64,000 nt of DNA from an uncultured Verrucomicrobiae bacterium (GTDB lineage: Bacteria; Verrucomicrobiota; Verrucomicrobiia; Limisphaerales; Palsa-1400), in NCBI GenBank assembly GCA_963764165.1, contig CAVXRD010000002.1:2624001-2688000 (forward strand), given 5' to 3'. The notes below the pieces were generated by a model. That model searched no databases. It was not told where the DNA came from and was given only the letters and a program-made list of their open reading frames with translations. The translations under genes and the position numbers were made by a program. Below are positions 38,991 through 48,051 of the stretch, one piece after another. Within the stretch, counting starts at the first letter, position 1. Each line of letters begins with the position of its first letter.

Positions 38991-40889
38991 ATGAAAAAAA
39001 CTGAAATCCTCCAGTCAACAACAGCGCGCCGTTCGTGGCTTGCCGCCCCGGTGGCGGCGCTTGCCGTCCTGGCCGCATGGGATCCCTCCCTGCGGGCGCA
39101 GTCAACCAATTTAAATGTAGCGAATTTTGGCGCGGTTGGGGACGCTGTCCAACTTTGGGTCAATGCGACCAGCAACTCGACGGTCATCACAACCACCAAC
39201 CAAATCCCCAGCACCGCCGTTGGCGATGCGATTGAGGTGTTTTGCGCGGGCACGCCCACCGGGCCGACAAACAATCAAGATTTGATTGCCACGATAACCC
39301 AGGTGGCTGAAGGCACAAATATCACCATTTCGCTGCCGGCGTGCGCTTCGCTCACCAACGCGTTTGCCACCTACGGGCACAATAACGAAACAAACTTCGC
39401 CAACGCCATCGCCGCCTGCGGGGCGTCCACCAACGCCGTCATCAACATCCCCGCGGGCAAATACCTCTTTCTGACAACTTATTATCCATCCGTTATCTTC
39501 GGAAGCGCCGCCATCGTCCTGCACGCAGGGGGCATTCACTTTGTGGGGGCCGGAAGCAACAACACGACTCTCTTAAGCCAGGGCGCGTGGACAATGCAGG
39601 CAGGGTCAGCGTGGCGGGGCTTCCTTTTTTGCATCAATCCACCCATTACAAACGATTATCCGGTCAGCATCGAGAATCTTACCCTGGATGGCGGTGTGTG
39701 GCAGGGCAACACCAGCAGCCACGGCTTCCCCGCCAGCATTACCAATGGCATGGGCTGGGACGAGACTCACGACGCCATCGTGATTCGGGGCGGCAATGGC
39801 ACACAGAGGGTATTCACCCAGCAAACGTGGACCAACGTCGTGTTCCAGCATTGGCGGGGAGAGATGGTGAAAAGCAATGAAGAAAGCACCAATGGCAATC
39901 TCAACATTTTCAATTGCATCTTCAACGACGGCAATGCGACAGCCATCAACATCTATCCATCGTTGAACATCTCCAACAGTGTTTTCGAGAACCTGTTTCA
40001 AGTGGCGGAGTATTACCAGGCGTACTCGACCAACACCTGCTATTTTCAAAACAACTATGTGACTAACATCACGGGCAATGGTTTTGCCATTAACGGCGGA
40101 AAGGGCACGAATCCGCCGTTTATCATACAGAATAACACCCTGTGTTTTCCCTCCTCCGGTTACAATGGAGTGGAGACAACGCCGGGAGACAATCTATTCA
40201 TCATCAGCAACCACTTTTACTGCCAGCCCCATGGCACAGTTGTCACCATGGGATGCCCCGGCTATCAGGGAACATGGTGCAACAGCAACATCGTGATCGC
40301 CGGGAATATTGTTGAAAATCCGTACGTTTTCGCCGCAATAGCCGGAGGAGGCAGTTCAACAGATCCGAACCGGACGGACACCGTTTCCATATACAACAAT
40401 GTCCTTACAAATGCGTCAAATGCCTTCACCCTGTTTAACTCCTACGGATGGGCGACAAACGTTCATGTCTTCAGCAATGATTGCAGCTCGATCGCCATGG
40501 CAATCACGGCCTCATCCGGCGCCAATGGAAGTCCCTTCGCGCTGGTTGACCTGAACAATTCGTATTATACCTATGTGAATAGTTCCTCGGCCACCACAAA
40601 TTATATCAGTTATAGCAAGGGCTCGCGGTATAAAATAAACTTTAACTACGTGGCTGGCGCTTCGTATGTGCTGACGGCGACGAACTCAAGCCAGATTCCT
40701 GAGGGCGCGCAGATCATGGTTCAAAATGCCACCGCGCAATCCGCCACAGTGCCTCTTTATCTAAACTCTCTCCAGGCAGGAGGCCCATTTTCTCTTGCCA
40801 ACGGGCAATCTGTCACTTTTCAGTGGCAGAATGGGGCCTGGCTGCCATATGTGATGCCGCCCACCGGGTTGCATGTGGTGGGCAATTGA
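38991..40889 (+). CDS. Secreted right-handed beta-helix (pectin-lyase-like) protein
   Basis: Signal peptide; NVANFGAVGD, INIPAGKY, FVGAG..T.L, IENLTLDG, Asn-ladder repeats; ends PPTGLHVVGN. Confidence 0.75.
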   Translation: MKKTEILQSTTARRSWLAAPVAALAVLAAWDPSLRAQSTNLNVANFGAVGDAVQLWVNATSNSTVITTTNQIPSTAVGDAIEVFCAGTPTGPTNNQDLIATITQVAEGTNITISLPACASLTNAFATYGHNNETNFANAIAACGASTNAVINIPAGKYLFLTTYYPSVIFGSAAIVLHAGGIHFVGAGSNNTTLLSQGAWTMQAGSAWRGFLFCINPPITNDYPVSIENLTLDGGVWQGNTSSHGFPASITNGMGWDETHDAIVIRGGNGTQRVFTQQTWTNVVFQHWRGEMVKSNEESTNGNLNIFNCIFNDGNATAINIYPSLNISNSVFENLFQVAEYYQAYSTNTCYFQNNYVTNITGNGFAINGGKGTNPPFIIQNNTLCFPSSGYNGVETTPGDNLFIISNHFYCQPHGTVVTMGCPGYQGTWCNSNIVIAGNIVENPYVFAAIAGGGSSTDPNRTDTVSIYNNVLTNASNAFTLFNSYGWATNVHVFSNDCSSIAMAITASSGANGSPFALVDLNNSYYTYVNSSSATTNYISYSKGSRYKINFNYVAGASYVLTATNSSQIPEGAQIMVQNATAQSATVPLYLNSLQAGGPFSLANGQSVTFQWQNGAWLPYVMPPTGLHVVGN

Positions 40890-40975
40890 CAACACGCCTG
40901 ATTTCAATCCCGGCGCTGGGCAAATAGCGGATGGAACTCCCACATCTTGTTCGCGCTGGAATTTGACCCCTAAAC

Positions 40976-42230
40976 ATGGCCCAGGCACCGATTGCCCCTG
41001 CTTTGTTCCAGCCTCAAACGCGGCAGGAAAACTGGATCTGCTGTCAAATTGGCAGGCGCGAGCATTACGCGGTGCCGCGGGCATTGAACCAGAGTCGCAG
41101 GCTGGCCACCCTTTACACTGATTTTTGGGCCGGGCCCGCCGTTCGCCTCCTTGCGGGAAAGAAGCTGCGCCCGCTGGCCACGAGGTTTCACGCCGATTTG
41201 CCTGATGCGCGAGTGCATTCCTGGAACGCCCGCACATTGGCAGGGCAGGCCATCCGCCCCGGAAGAAGCGAAGGCGCAGGCCCATACCACAGCTTCATTA
41301 AAACGGGCCAGCGTTTTGCGGAGCGCGTTCGCGGCGCGCTTCGAAGCCGGTCTGACTTGGGGCCCGGCTCGATCTTGTTTGCATACGACACCGGGGCTTT
41401 GGAGGCGCTGGAATGGGGCCGCGAGCATGGCATCAAGTGCATTCTGAACCAAATGGATCCCAACCGGATTGAGGTCGCCCAGGTCCGGGAAGAGGAGACG
41501 CGCTGGCCCTCTTGGGCGTTGCGCCCGACATCGGTGCCGGAGGAAATATTTCAGGCGGCGCGAGAAAGAATGGGAGCTGGCGGATCGAATCGTGGTCAAC
41601 TCAGAGTTTTGCCGCCAGGCCATGCTAACCCAGGGAGTGCCATCTGAAAAGCTAGCCGTGGTGCCCTTGAGCTACGAAGCTCCCACCCTTCCGCAAGGGC
41701 GCCCAAACAACCCTTCGCTTCGCGTGCTCTTTCTAGGCCAGGTTATTCTGCGCAAGGGAGTTCAATACTTGCTGGGCGCCGCGCGGCTGCTCGAACGCGA
41801 GAGCATTCGGTTTGATGTCGTCGGGCAGATCGGCATTTCGGAGGCGGCTATTCGCGAAGCGCCATCCAACGTGGCCTTTCACGGCCAGGCCACCCGTGAT
41901 CAAGCGGAAAACTGGTATCGCCAGGCCGATGTTTTTGTTCTGCCGACACTTTCTGACGGGTTCGCCATAACGCAACTGGAGGCCATGGCGCACGGTTTGC
42001 CAGTGATAACAACCCCTTGCTGCGGCGACGTCGTCACAGATGGGGTGGATGGGTTCATTGTTCCACCCCGAAATAAAATCGCGCTGGCCGAAACGCTCCT
42101 GCGCTACCAAAGGGAATCAAGCCTGCTGGCCTCTCAACAACACGCGGCCGTGGCGAAGGCAAAACAATTCACCCAGGCGCGCCTGTCCATGAATTTAATT
42201 GCGCTGGAACAATCACTTTTAGGCAATTGA
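40976..42230 (+). CDS. GT4 glycosyltransferase split by a +1 frameshift at 41544-41546
   Basis: QIGRREHYAVP...VPEE | YFRRREKEWELAD...RKG...PTLSDGFAITQLEAMAHGLP; removing one A from gaggaaatatt restores the frame. Confidence 0.85.
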
Positions 42231-42261
42231 AATGAGCTCTGCTGGCTGGTAGGCTCGCGCC

Positions 42262-43233
42262 ATGGATCATCTCGCGAAAGCGCGCCAAGTTCTCGAAATT
42301 GAAATCGCAGGCCTCAAAGCGGTGTGCGGACAATTGGACGACTCCTTTACGCGGGCCGTCGATGTCGTGCTGGATACATTGCGCCAGCGCGGCAAAATCG
42401 TCGTCGTCGGCATTGGCAAATCGGGCAACGTCGGCCAGAAGATAGCAGCCACACTGACCAGCACTGGTTCCACCAGCGTATTTCTCCACGGCGCGGATGC
42501 GCTGCATGGCGATTTGGGGGTTGTTTCTGATGGCGATGTCGTTCTCGCCCTTAGCTATTCCGGGGAATCCGAGGAATTGCTGAACCTTCTGGGAGCGTTA
42601 AAGCGCTTTTCGGTCAAGATTATTTCCATAACCGGCGGCGCCAAGTCATCGCTGGCCCGTTACAGTGATATCGTCCTCAACGTCAAAGTGCCCAAGGAGG
42701 CGTGCCCATTCAATCTGGCCCCGACGGCCAGCACCACCGCAACGCTCGCGCTCGGAGACGCGCTGGCGATGACAATCTTGCAGGCGCGCGGCTTCAAGGA
42801 AAAGGACTACGCGCGGCACCATCCTTCAGGAGCCATCGGACGCGCCTTGCTGATGAAGGTTTGTGATATCATGCGCACCGGCAAGCGGAACGCAGTGGCC
42901 TCGGAGGCCGTCACCGTCAAAGAAGCGCTCCTCCTGATGTGCCAGGCCAAATCCGGCAGTGTAAGCATCGTCAATGGCAAGGGGAAGCTGATCGGCGTCT
43001 TCACCGACGGAGATTTCCGACGCCGGGCTGCTGACGGCCAGGACATCCTGTCGAAGCCGCTCTCCACTGTGATAACCCGCGGCCCCATCAGCATCCGAGA
43101 TGAGGCCCTGGCCGTGGAAGCGCTCAAGATTTTCAACGAACGAAACATTGACGATCTGATTGTGGTCAATTCCCGCGGCGAGCCGGTCGGTTTGATCGAC
43201 TTGCAGGATTTGCCGAAATTAAAATTAATGTGA
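42262..43233 (+). CDS. kdsD: Arabinose-5-phosphate isomerase (KpsF/GutQ family)
   Basis: GIGKSG, HGDLG, SYSGES, EACPFNLAPT, HPSGAIG, CBS pair. Confidence 0.95.
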   Translation: MDHLAKARQVLEIEIAGLKAVCGQLDDSFTRAVDVVLDTLRQRGKIVVVGIGKSGNVGQKIAATLTSTGSTSVFLHGADALHGDLGVVSDGDVVLALSYSGESEELLNLLGALKRFSVKIISITGGAKSSLARYSDIVLNVKVPKEACPFNLAPTASTTATLALGDALAMTILQARGFKEKDYARHHPSGAIGRALLMKVCDIMRTGKRNAVASEAVTVKEALLLMCQAKSGSVSIVNGKGKLIGVFTDGDFRRRAADGQDILSKPLSTVITRGPISIRDEALAVEALKIFNERNIDDLIVVNSRGEPVGLIDLQDLPKLKLM

Positions 43234-43270
43234 CCATTTCCAGACGCGTATAACCAATGAAATCAAAAAC

Positions 43271-44098
43271 GTGTTAACCACCGCTGCCATTTGGGCCCAA
43301 CTCCGGAACCCCAAACAATTGACCCTGATCGCCGGACCCTGCGTGATTGAAAACGAAGCGCTCTGCATGCACGTAGCCAAGTCGCTGCGGAAAACGTGTC
43401 ATTTGCTCGGAATCAATTATGTTTTCAAGGCCAGCTTTGATAAAGCCAATCGATCGTCTTCGCGAACGTTTCGGGGGCCGGGCGCGGCAGATGGCCTGCA
43501 AATTCTTAAGAAAGTGAAGTGCGAACTGGACGTGCCGATTCTAACGGACGTCCACACCGAAGATCAGGTGGCGCTGGCCGCCCCGGTCGTGGACGTGCTG
43601 CAAATTCCGGCCTTTTTGTGCCGCCAGACGGATTTGATTGCAGCGGCGGCGCGCACCGGGAAGATTCTTAATTTGAAAAAAGGCCAATTTCTTTCCCCGC
43701 CCGAAATGGGCAGGGTCGTTGCCAAAGCGGCTGAAGCGGGCAACCGCAAATTGCTAATCACTGAGCGTGGCACCACTTTTGGGTATAACAACCTCGTCGC
43801 TGACATGCGCTCAATACCCATCATGCGCCAATTCGGCCACCCAGTGATATTTGACGCCACTCATTCGGTTCAATTGCCCGGCGCGGGCGGCGACCGTTCG
43901 GGCGGACAGCGCGAAATGGCGCCGGTGCTTGCTCGTTGCGCCGTTGCCGCAGGAGCTGATGGATTATTTATCGAAACCCATCCGAAGCCTGATGAAGCGC
44001 TGAGTGACGGCCCAAATATGATTCCACTCGCCGAAATGGCGCGCCTGCTGGCCGGTCTTGTGAAGTTGCATTCTTTGGCCCGCACGTGGGCCAAATGA
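43271..44098 (+). CDS. kdsA: KDO-8-phosphate synthase
   Basis: AGPCVIE, KASFDKANRSS, QIPAFLCRQT, KKGQF, ERG..FGYNNL, DATHSVQ. Confidence 0.97.
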   Translation: MLTTAAIWAQLRNPKQLTLIAGPCVIENEALCMHVAKSLRKTCHLLGINYVFKASFDKANRSSSRTFRGPGAADGLQILKKVKCELDVPILTDVHTEDQVALAAPVVDVLQIPAFLCRQTDLIAAAARTGKILNLKKGQFLSPPEMGRVVAKAAEAGNRKLLITERGTTFGYNNLVADMRSIPIMRQFGHPVIFDATHSVQLPGAGGDRSGGQREMAPVLARCAVAAGADGLFIETHPKPDEALSDGPNMIPLAEMARLLAGLVKLHSLARTWAK

Positions 44099-44140
44099 CA
44101 GGCTGAGTGATCAGGGAAGAACGGCTTTCAGAAGACAAAC

Positions 44141-44173
44141 AAAAGAGGGCGATTTTAACAATCGCCCTCTTTT
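44141..44173. terminator. Bidirectional intrinsic terminator
   Basis: AAAAGAGGGCGATT-ttaac-AATCGCCCTCTTTT between convergent genes. Confidence 0.85.
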
Positions 44174-44201
44174 TCGTTGAATGATGGGTAAAATCCCAGG
44201 C

Positions 44202-45041
44202 TTATGCCATGCGGGAAAGTGCTTTTCTGCGCAAGATCCGAATCGTGCTTGCGCCCAGCGGAAGCACCAGCAAAGCCCCGGAGATAATCGTGCCGGGTTC
44301 GGGCAAAGCAGCGTAGATCGTGGCGCTGCCCAAGGAAATACCACCCAAGAATGCCGCTCCTCCAGGTTGTGTATACGGGTCAGTGGTGTAGACATAAAAC
44401 ACTGCGGTTGCGTTAGATGCAAGCTCGCCGTTCGGTCCGTTAAAGTTCAATTCCAAGGTGTTGTCTGTCGGCACATTATCCTGAACACCGGAAATATTCG
44501 CGGTCCCAAAACCAACAGCATTTGAGCTGGCTTGGAAGAAGGTCAGACCTGCGCTTGCCGGCCCCCCGTCGACATGGTTTGTAGTATACGTGTAACTGGT
44601 CGTGTAGCTCGTGTATACATTAGTGTGATACACGGTATGAATGCCGCTGCCGGTGTGCGTAATATTAGTCGTATAAACGGGAGTCTCAACGGTATTGGTT
44701 GTCCGATATGTCGCAAGGTCCGTGTTGTGGATCGTGTACTCGAATAACAACGGGGCTCCAAGAGTCGCCGAGCCAACGCGAAACACTTCGGTCGTTATGG
44801 TTCCGCTGTCAGTGACCTCCCAAGGATACAAGCCACTGTAGCTGGTGTAGGCGCTTGTATAATCAATGATCTGGGTCAGTGGCAGGTTCAGACCGGTCGT
44901 TGAAAGGGTGGTCAGGCCGCCGGTGTTTGAAACGTTCTGCCCTGGCGTAATCTGAACCAGATTCGCCTGTGCAGTCGCCGCAGTTCCCAGAACGCCGGCC
45001 AGCAAAATCGCTTTTTGAAAGATTCCCATGTTGTTTTTCAT
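44202..45041 (-). CDS. PEP-CTERM surface protein with Thr/Tyr-rich insert
   Basis: Signal peptide; C-terminus LPEPGTIISGALLVLPLGASTIRILRRK (PEP, TM, basic tail). Confidence 0.9.
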   Translation of the reverse strand: MKNNMGIFQKAILLAGVLGTAATAQANLVQITPGQNVSNTGGLTTLSTTGLNLPLTQIIDYTSAYTSYSGLYPWEVTDSGTITTEVFRVGSATLGAPLLFEYTIHNTDLATYRTTNTVETPVYTTNITHTGSGIHTVYHTNVYTSYTTSYTYTTNHVDGGPASAGLTFFQASSNAVGFGTANISGVQDNVPTDNTLELNFNGPNGELASNATAVFYVYTTDPYTQPGGAAFLGGISLGSATIYAALPEPGTIISGALLVLPLGASTIRILRRKALSRMA

Positions 45042-45539
45042 ATCTCGGTTCCGTTTAATCAATTCTCAATTTCTTTATCTCAGTTTCAGTTTCCATACTC
45101 AATTATGGCGTGGCATATTCCTAAGACATGTTGACTTTGCCGTCCTGCGCCTTTTTTCGCTATCCCATAAGAGGACATCGTTGCACATATTTGGGACATT
45201 CCCCTTGTTCGGAAAAAGTTCAGGCTGGAGATGAACCATCGTTACGCAAGTCGTTGCGGTGAAACGCGCTCGGCGCTGCGGGCGGAATTTCATGGGTCAA
45301 ATGCGCCTTGGACCGGCGAAATTAGGTTCGATCCGGGGGTGAAATGCCCCTTTCACGTGTCCGCAGGCCGAATGGCAACCACCGTCATAAAGACAGCTCT
45401 TGGGCTCGGCGGAACAAAAGAAAAAAGACGGACGCCAGGAGAGTTTTGGGCGCGAAAATTGCTTAATCCGAGGGACTGTAATCCAAATACTTGAACTTCA
45501 TTCGCTAATCAATTAACGTCTTTGCAACCCAGCGCCAAA

Positions 45540-46106
45540 ATGAAAAACATGAGCCATCGCAAGATGAACGTGCTAGTGGCCCGATGCGGCAACGCAACGG
45601 GCGCAGATCTCGAATTTACCTATTGGCGCGACGGAATGGCGTTTTTCCATAGCGAGTCGGTCCAGTGGCTTGATATTGCGCGCGCGGTGCTCTCGGTTTG
45701 CGCGCCAGACGTGATTGTTTTCGAGGGGAGTTCGCTTAACGGCGCCGTATTTGACGCCGCGAAACAAATGCGGTCGGCAAGTCCGGGCACAAAACTGCTG
45801 TTTGTTTGCGAAAAGGCAGACCAATTTGCGGCCTACCGCGCCCTGGCGGCTGGGGGAGATGGAATTTTAATCGGACGACAAAATCGCGAGGAACTTGCGT
45901 ATGCGATCTCCGAGATATTGTCGGGAGCCGCTTATATTGGAACCGGCATTTTCACCTCGAACCGCTTTCGTCGGCGGTTTCCCCGCCGAAATTACCTCCG
46001 GGACGAGAAAGCTCGCGCTTTTGGTGTCAAATGTGCGGAAAGGGCAAGAACCAACCCGTGCGGCCGTTTCGGGTCTTTGGCGGCGGAGAATATTGCCACC
46101 GAATAA
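45540..46106 (+). CDS. Atypical NarL-like receiver domain without an HTH
   Basis: APDVIVFE (Glu at the usual phospho-Asp), PGTKLLFV, ALAAGGDGIL, EELAYAI..I.SG..Y. Confidence 0.55.
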   Translation: MKNMSHRKMNVLVARCGNATGADLEFTYWRDGMAFFHSESVQWLDIARAVLSVCAPDVIVFEGSSLNGAVFDAAKQMRSASPGTKLLFVCEKADQFAAYRALAAGGDGILIGRQNREELAYAISEILSGAAYIGTGIFTSNRFRRRFPRRNYLRDEKARAFGVKCAERARTNPCGRFGSLAAENIATE

Positions 46107-46477
46107 CGGTCGAGCCGGGCGCTTCGGTCGTTTTCACGGTCGAGGAGAGGCGGCGGCAATTCCCGCCATTTTGCCGGAAAATGGTTTCATAAGCCGGGCA
46201 TTGTTTCGATTCGTTGGCTTAATTTCGGGAAGGCTCTCCACAGGATGAATGTAATCTTGGAGCGGGGCGCAAATCCTCTCGCCTTTTCCCATTCACGTGG
46301 ATCCGCCGCCCGCCGAGTGCCATATCTGTCGGCGGGCAATTCTGCATTTTCAATTTTCAACTCATGCCTTGGCGGCTGAAAATGGAAATGTCCAGATGCC
46401 GATTCATGATGTCCAAAATGTGCATAGACGGTTTCTGCCGCATGAATGTAGCCTATAGACATCACAGGGAATAGCGC

Positions 46478-46885
46478 ATGATGCAATCAATCTTGAAGGC
46501 CGAAACGGATGTCGGCTCTGGAACTCCAACCCCATCAACCATATTGTGCGTCGATGTGAATCACAGGACACGGCTGCTGACCAAATGGTTTTTATCAAGC
46601 ATCGGTTACGCTGTTGATGCCGCCTCAACTGCGGCGGAAGCGCTGGCAATTTTCGACGCCGCAACGCACGATTTGGTCATCGCAGACGATGATCTCGGCG
46701 GGATGACGGGCGAGGAGATGGCTCATGTGATCAAAATCAGGTCGTGCGCCACGCGAGTGATGTTGATCTGCAAAAAGCCGGCACGAAGTCTGGCCTGTGT
46801 CGATTTGGTGGTGCAGAAGCCCATCTCGCTTCCTTTATTGAGGGATAAACTGGAATGGTTGCGGTCAAAGCATGTTACTGCATGA
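46478..46885 (+). CDS. Single-domain response regulator (receiver)
   Basis: ILCVD, DLVIAD..LGGMTG, QKP. Confidence 0.8.
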   Translation: MMQSILKAETDVGSGTPTPSTILCVDVNHRTRLLTKWFLSSIGYAVDAASTAAEALAIFDAATHDLVIADDDLGGMTGEEMAHVIKIRSCATRVMLICKKPARSLACVDLVVQKPISLPLLRDKLEWLRSKHVTA

Positions 46886-47052
46886 GCTGGGCTGCGCGGA
46901 AGTGATGGGGCGGGTTAAGGCAGAAAGGGCAGAAATAAAAAGTCCGTTTGCCGCCAATCTATATTGACAGCAAACGGATGAAATTCTAATAAGCCAACGC
47001 GGGCGGGAAAAATCGAGTTGGCCCTGAAACGGCCCAATCCCAATCCGAAACA

Positions 47053-47874
47053 CTAGGCGTTCGAAGAACCTTTTCGAAACTTGCGAACCGCGCCGACACC
47101 GAGCGGAACCAACATCATGGCTCCCGCGACGATCGTGCTGGGTTCAGGGGTGGGCTCACCCAGAAGGAAGAATTCCTGGTCATCTCCCCCATTAGGGCCA
47201 TCGCCAGGGGCGCCAGTCCCTTGAAGAATGCTGCCATTATAAATGGGCATGTTGGGACCTGCATTCAACAAGGCGTTAATGTAAGCGTTGTAATCCTGCT
47301 GCTCGCTGGCATCAAATTGAGCAAATGGCGCCGAATACCCCGCTGAACTGAAAGACGACTGGCCGTAGGCGGTGCTGTTGTATAATACATTCCAGATCGC
47401 AAATTGCAGGGCGCAACCCTCTTCGCTCGCATTGCCGGCAAGATGCAAACCCGAGGTGGTTTGATCGACAATGTTCATGCCAAAGGTATGCCACAAGTAG
47501 GCCGCGTTGCAAATCCCCCAATCCTGAGTTTGTCCATGAACAACCCCCGATGCCCATTGCGAAGGGAAAATTCCTGGACTCGCTTGCGCAAAGGTCTCCT
47601 GATTGTAGGTATGCGTGTTTCCGTCGAGCAAACCCAGCGGGCTCAGACAAACGCTGTAAATCGTGTTTGGCAAGGTTATCCCAGTGGTTCCGGCCGTGTT
47701 GAATGCATAGATTCCAATGGCATCATCCGATTGAGCATCCCCGCCGGTAAAACCATCCTCCCAGACGCTGCCACTCCATTGGAACGTAAGGGTGATGTCC
47801 GCATGTGCTGTGCACATTCCCGCAACCCCGGCAGCAAGCGTCAGCGCCAGTTTTCCGATTGATTTCAATGACAT
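47053..47874 (-). CDS. PEP-CTERM surface protein with thioester-domain-like motifs
   Basis: Signal peptide; YSVCLSP and ALQFAIW; C-terminus TPEPSTIVAGAMMLVPLGVGAVRKFRK. Confidence 0.9.
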   Translation of the reverse strand: MSLKSIGKLALTLAAGVAGMCTAHADITLTFQWSGSVWEDGFTGGDAQSDDAIGIYAFNTAGTTGITLPNTIYSVCLSPLGLLDGNTHTYNQETFAQASPGIFPSQWASGVVHGQTQDWGICNAAYLWHTFGMNIVDQTTSGLHLAGNASEEGCALQFAIWNVLYNSTAYGQSSFSSAGYSAPFAQFDASEQQDYNAYINALLNAGPNMPIYNGSILQGTGAPGDGPNGGDDQEFFLLGEPTPEPSTIVAGAMMLVPLGVGAVRKFRKGSSNA

Positions 47875-48051
47875 ATCGCAGATGATTATGATTTAACGGC
47901 CCGAACTATCTATGCGAGTTTAGGACAAGCGAGGTTACTTTTAGGACACTGGCGTGCAACCCCCGGTCATCAGCTTGGGATGAGACGTGTTCAGATGTTT
48001 CCTTAGATGCTGCCATTAAGCAACTTGTGCGCTTCACGGTTGCAGTGCGCC

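Noticed and set aside
38991..40889. About 20 N-X-S/T sequons as evidence of N-glycosylation
   Set aside because: The protein is very rich in N, S and T, so many are expected by chance; the TN bias has better internal controls
46964..46992. TTGACA-17-TAATAA facing antisense into a PEP-CTERM gene
   Set aside because: Weak -10 element and no other evidence for a transcript
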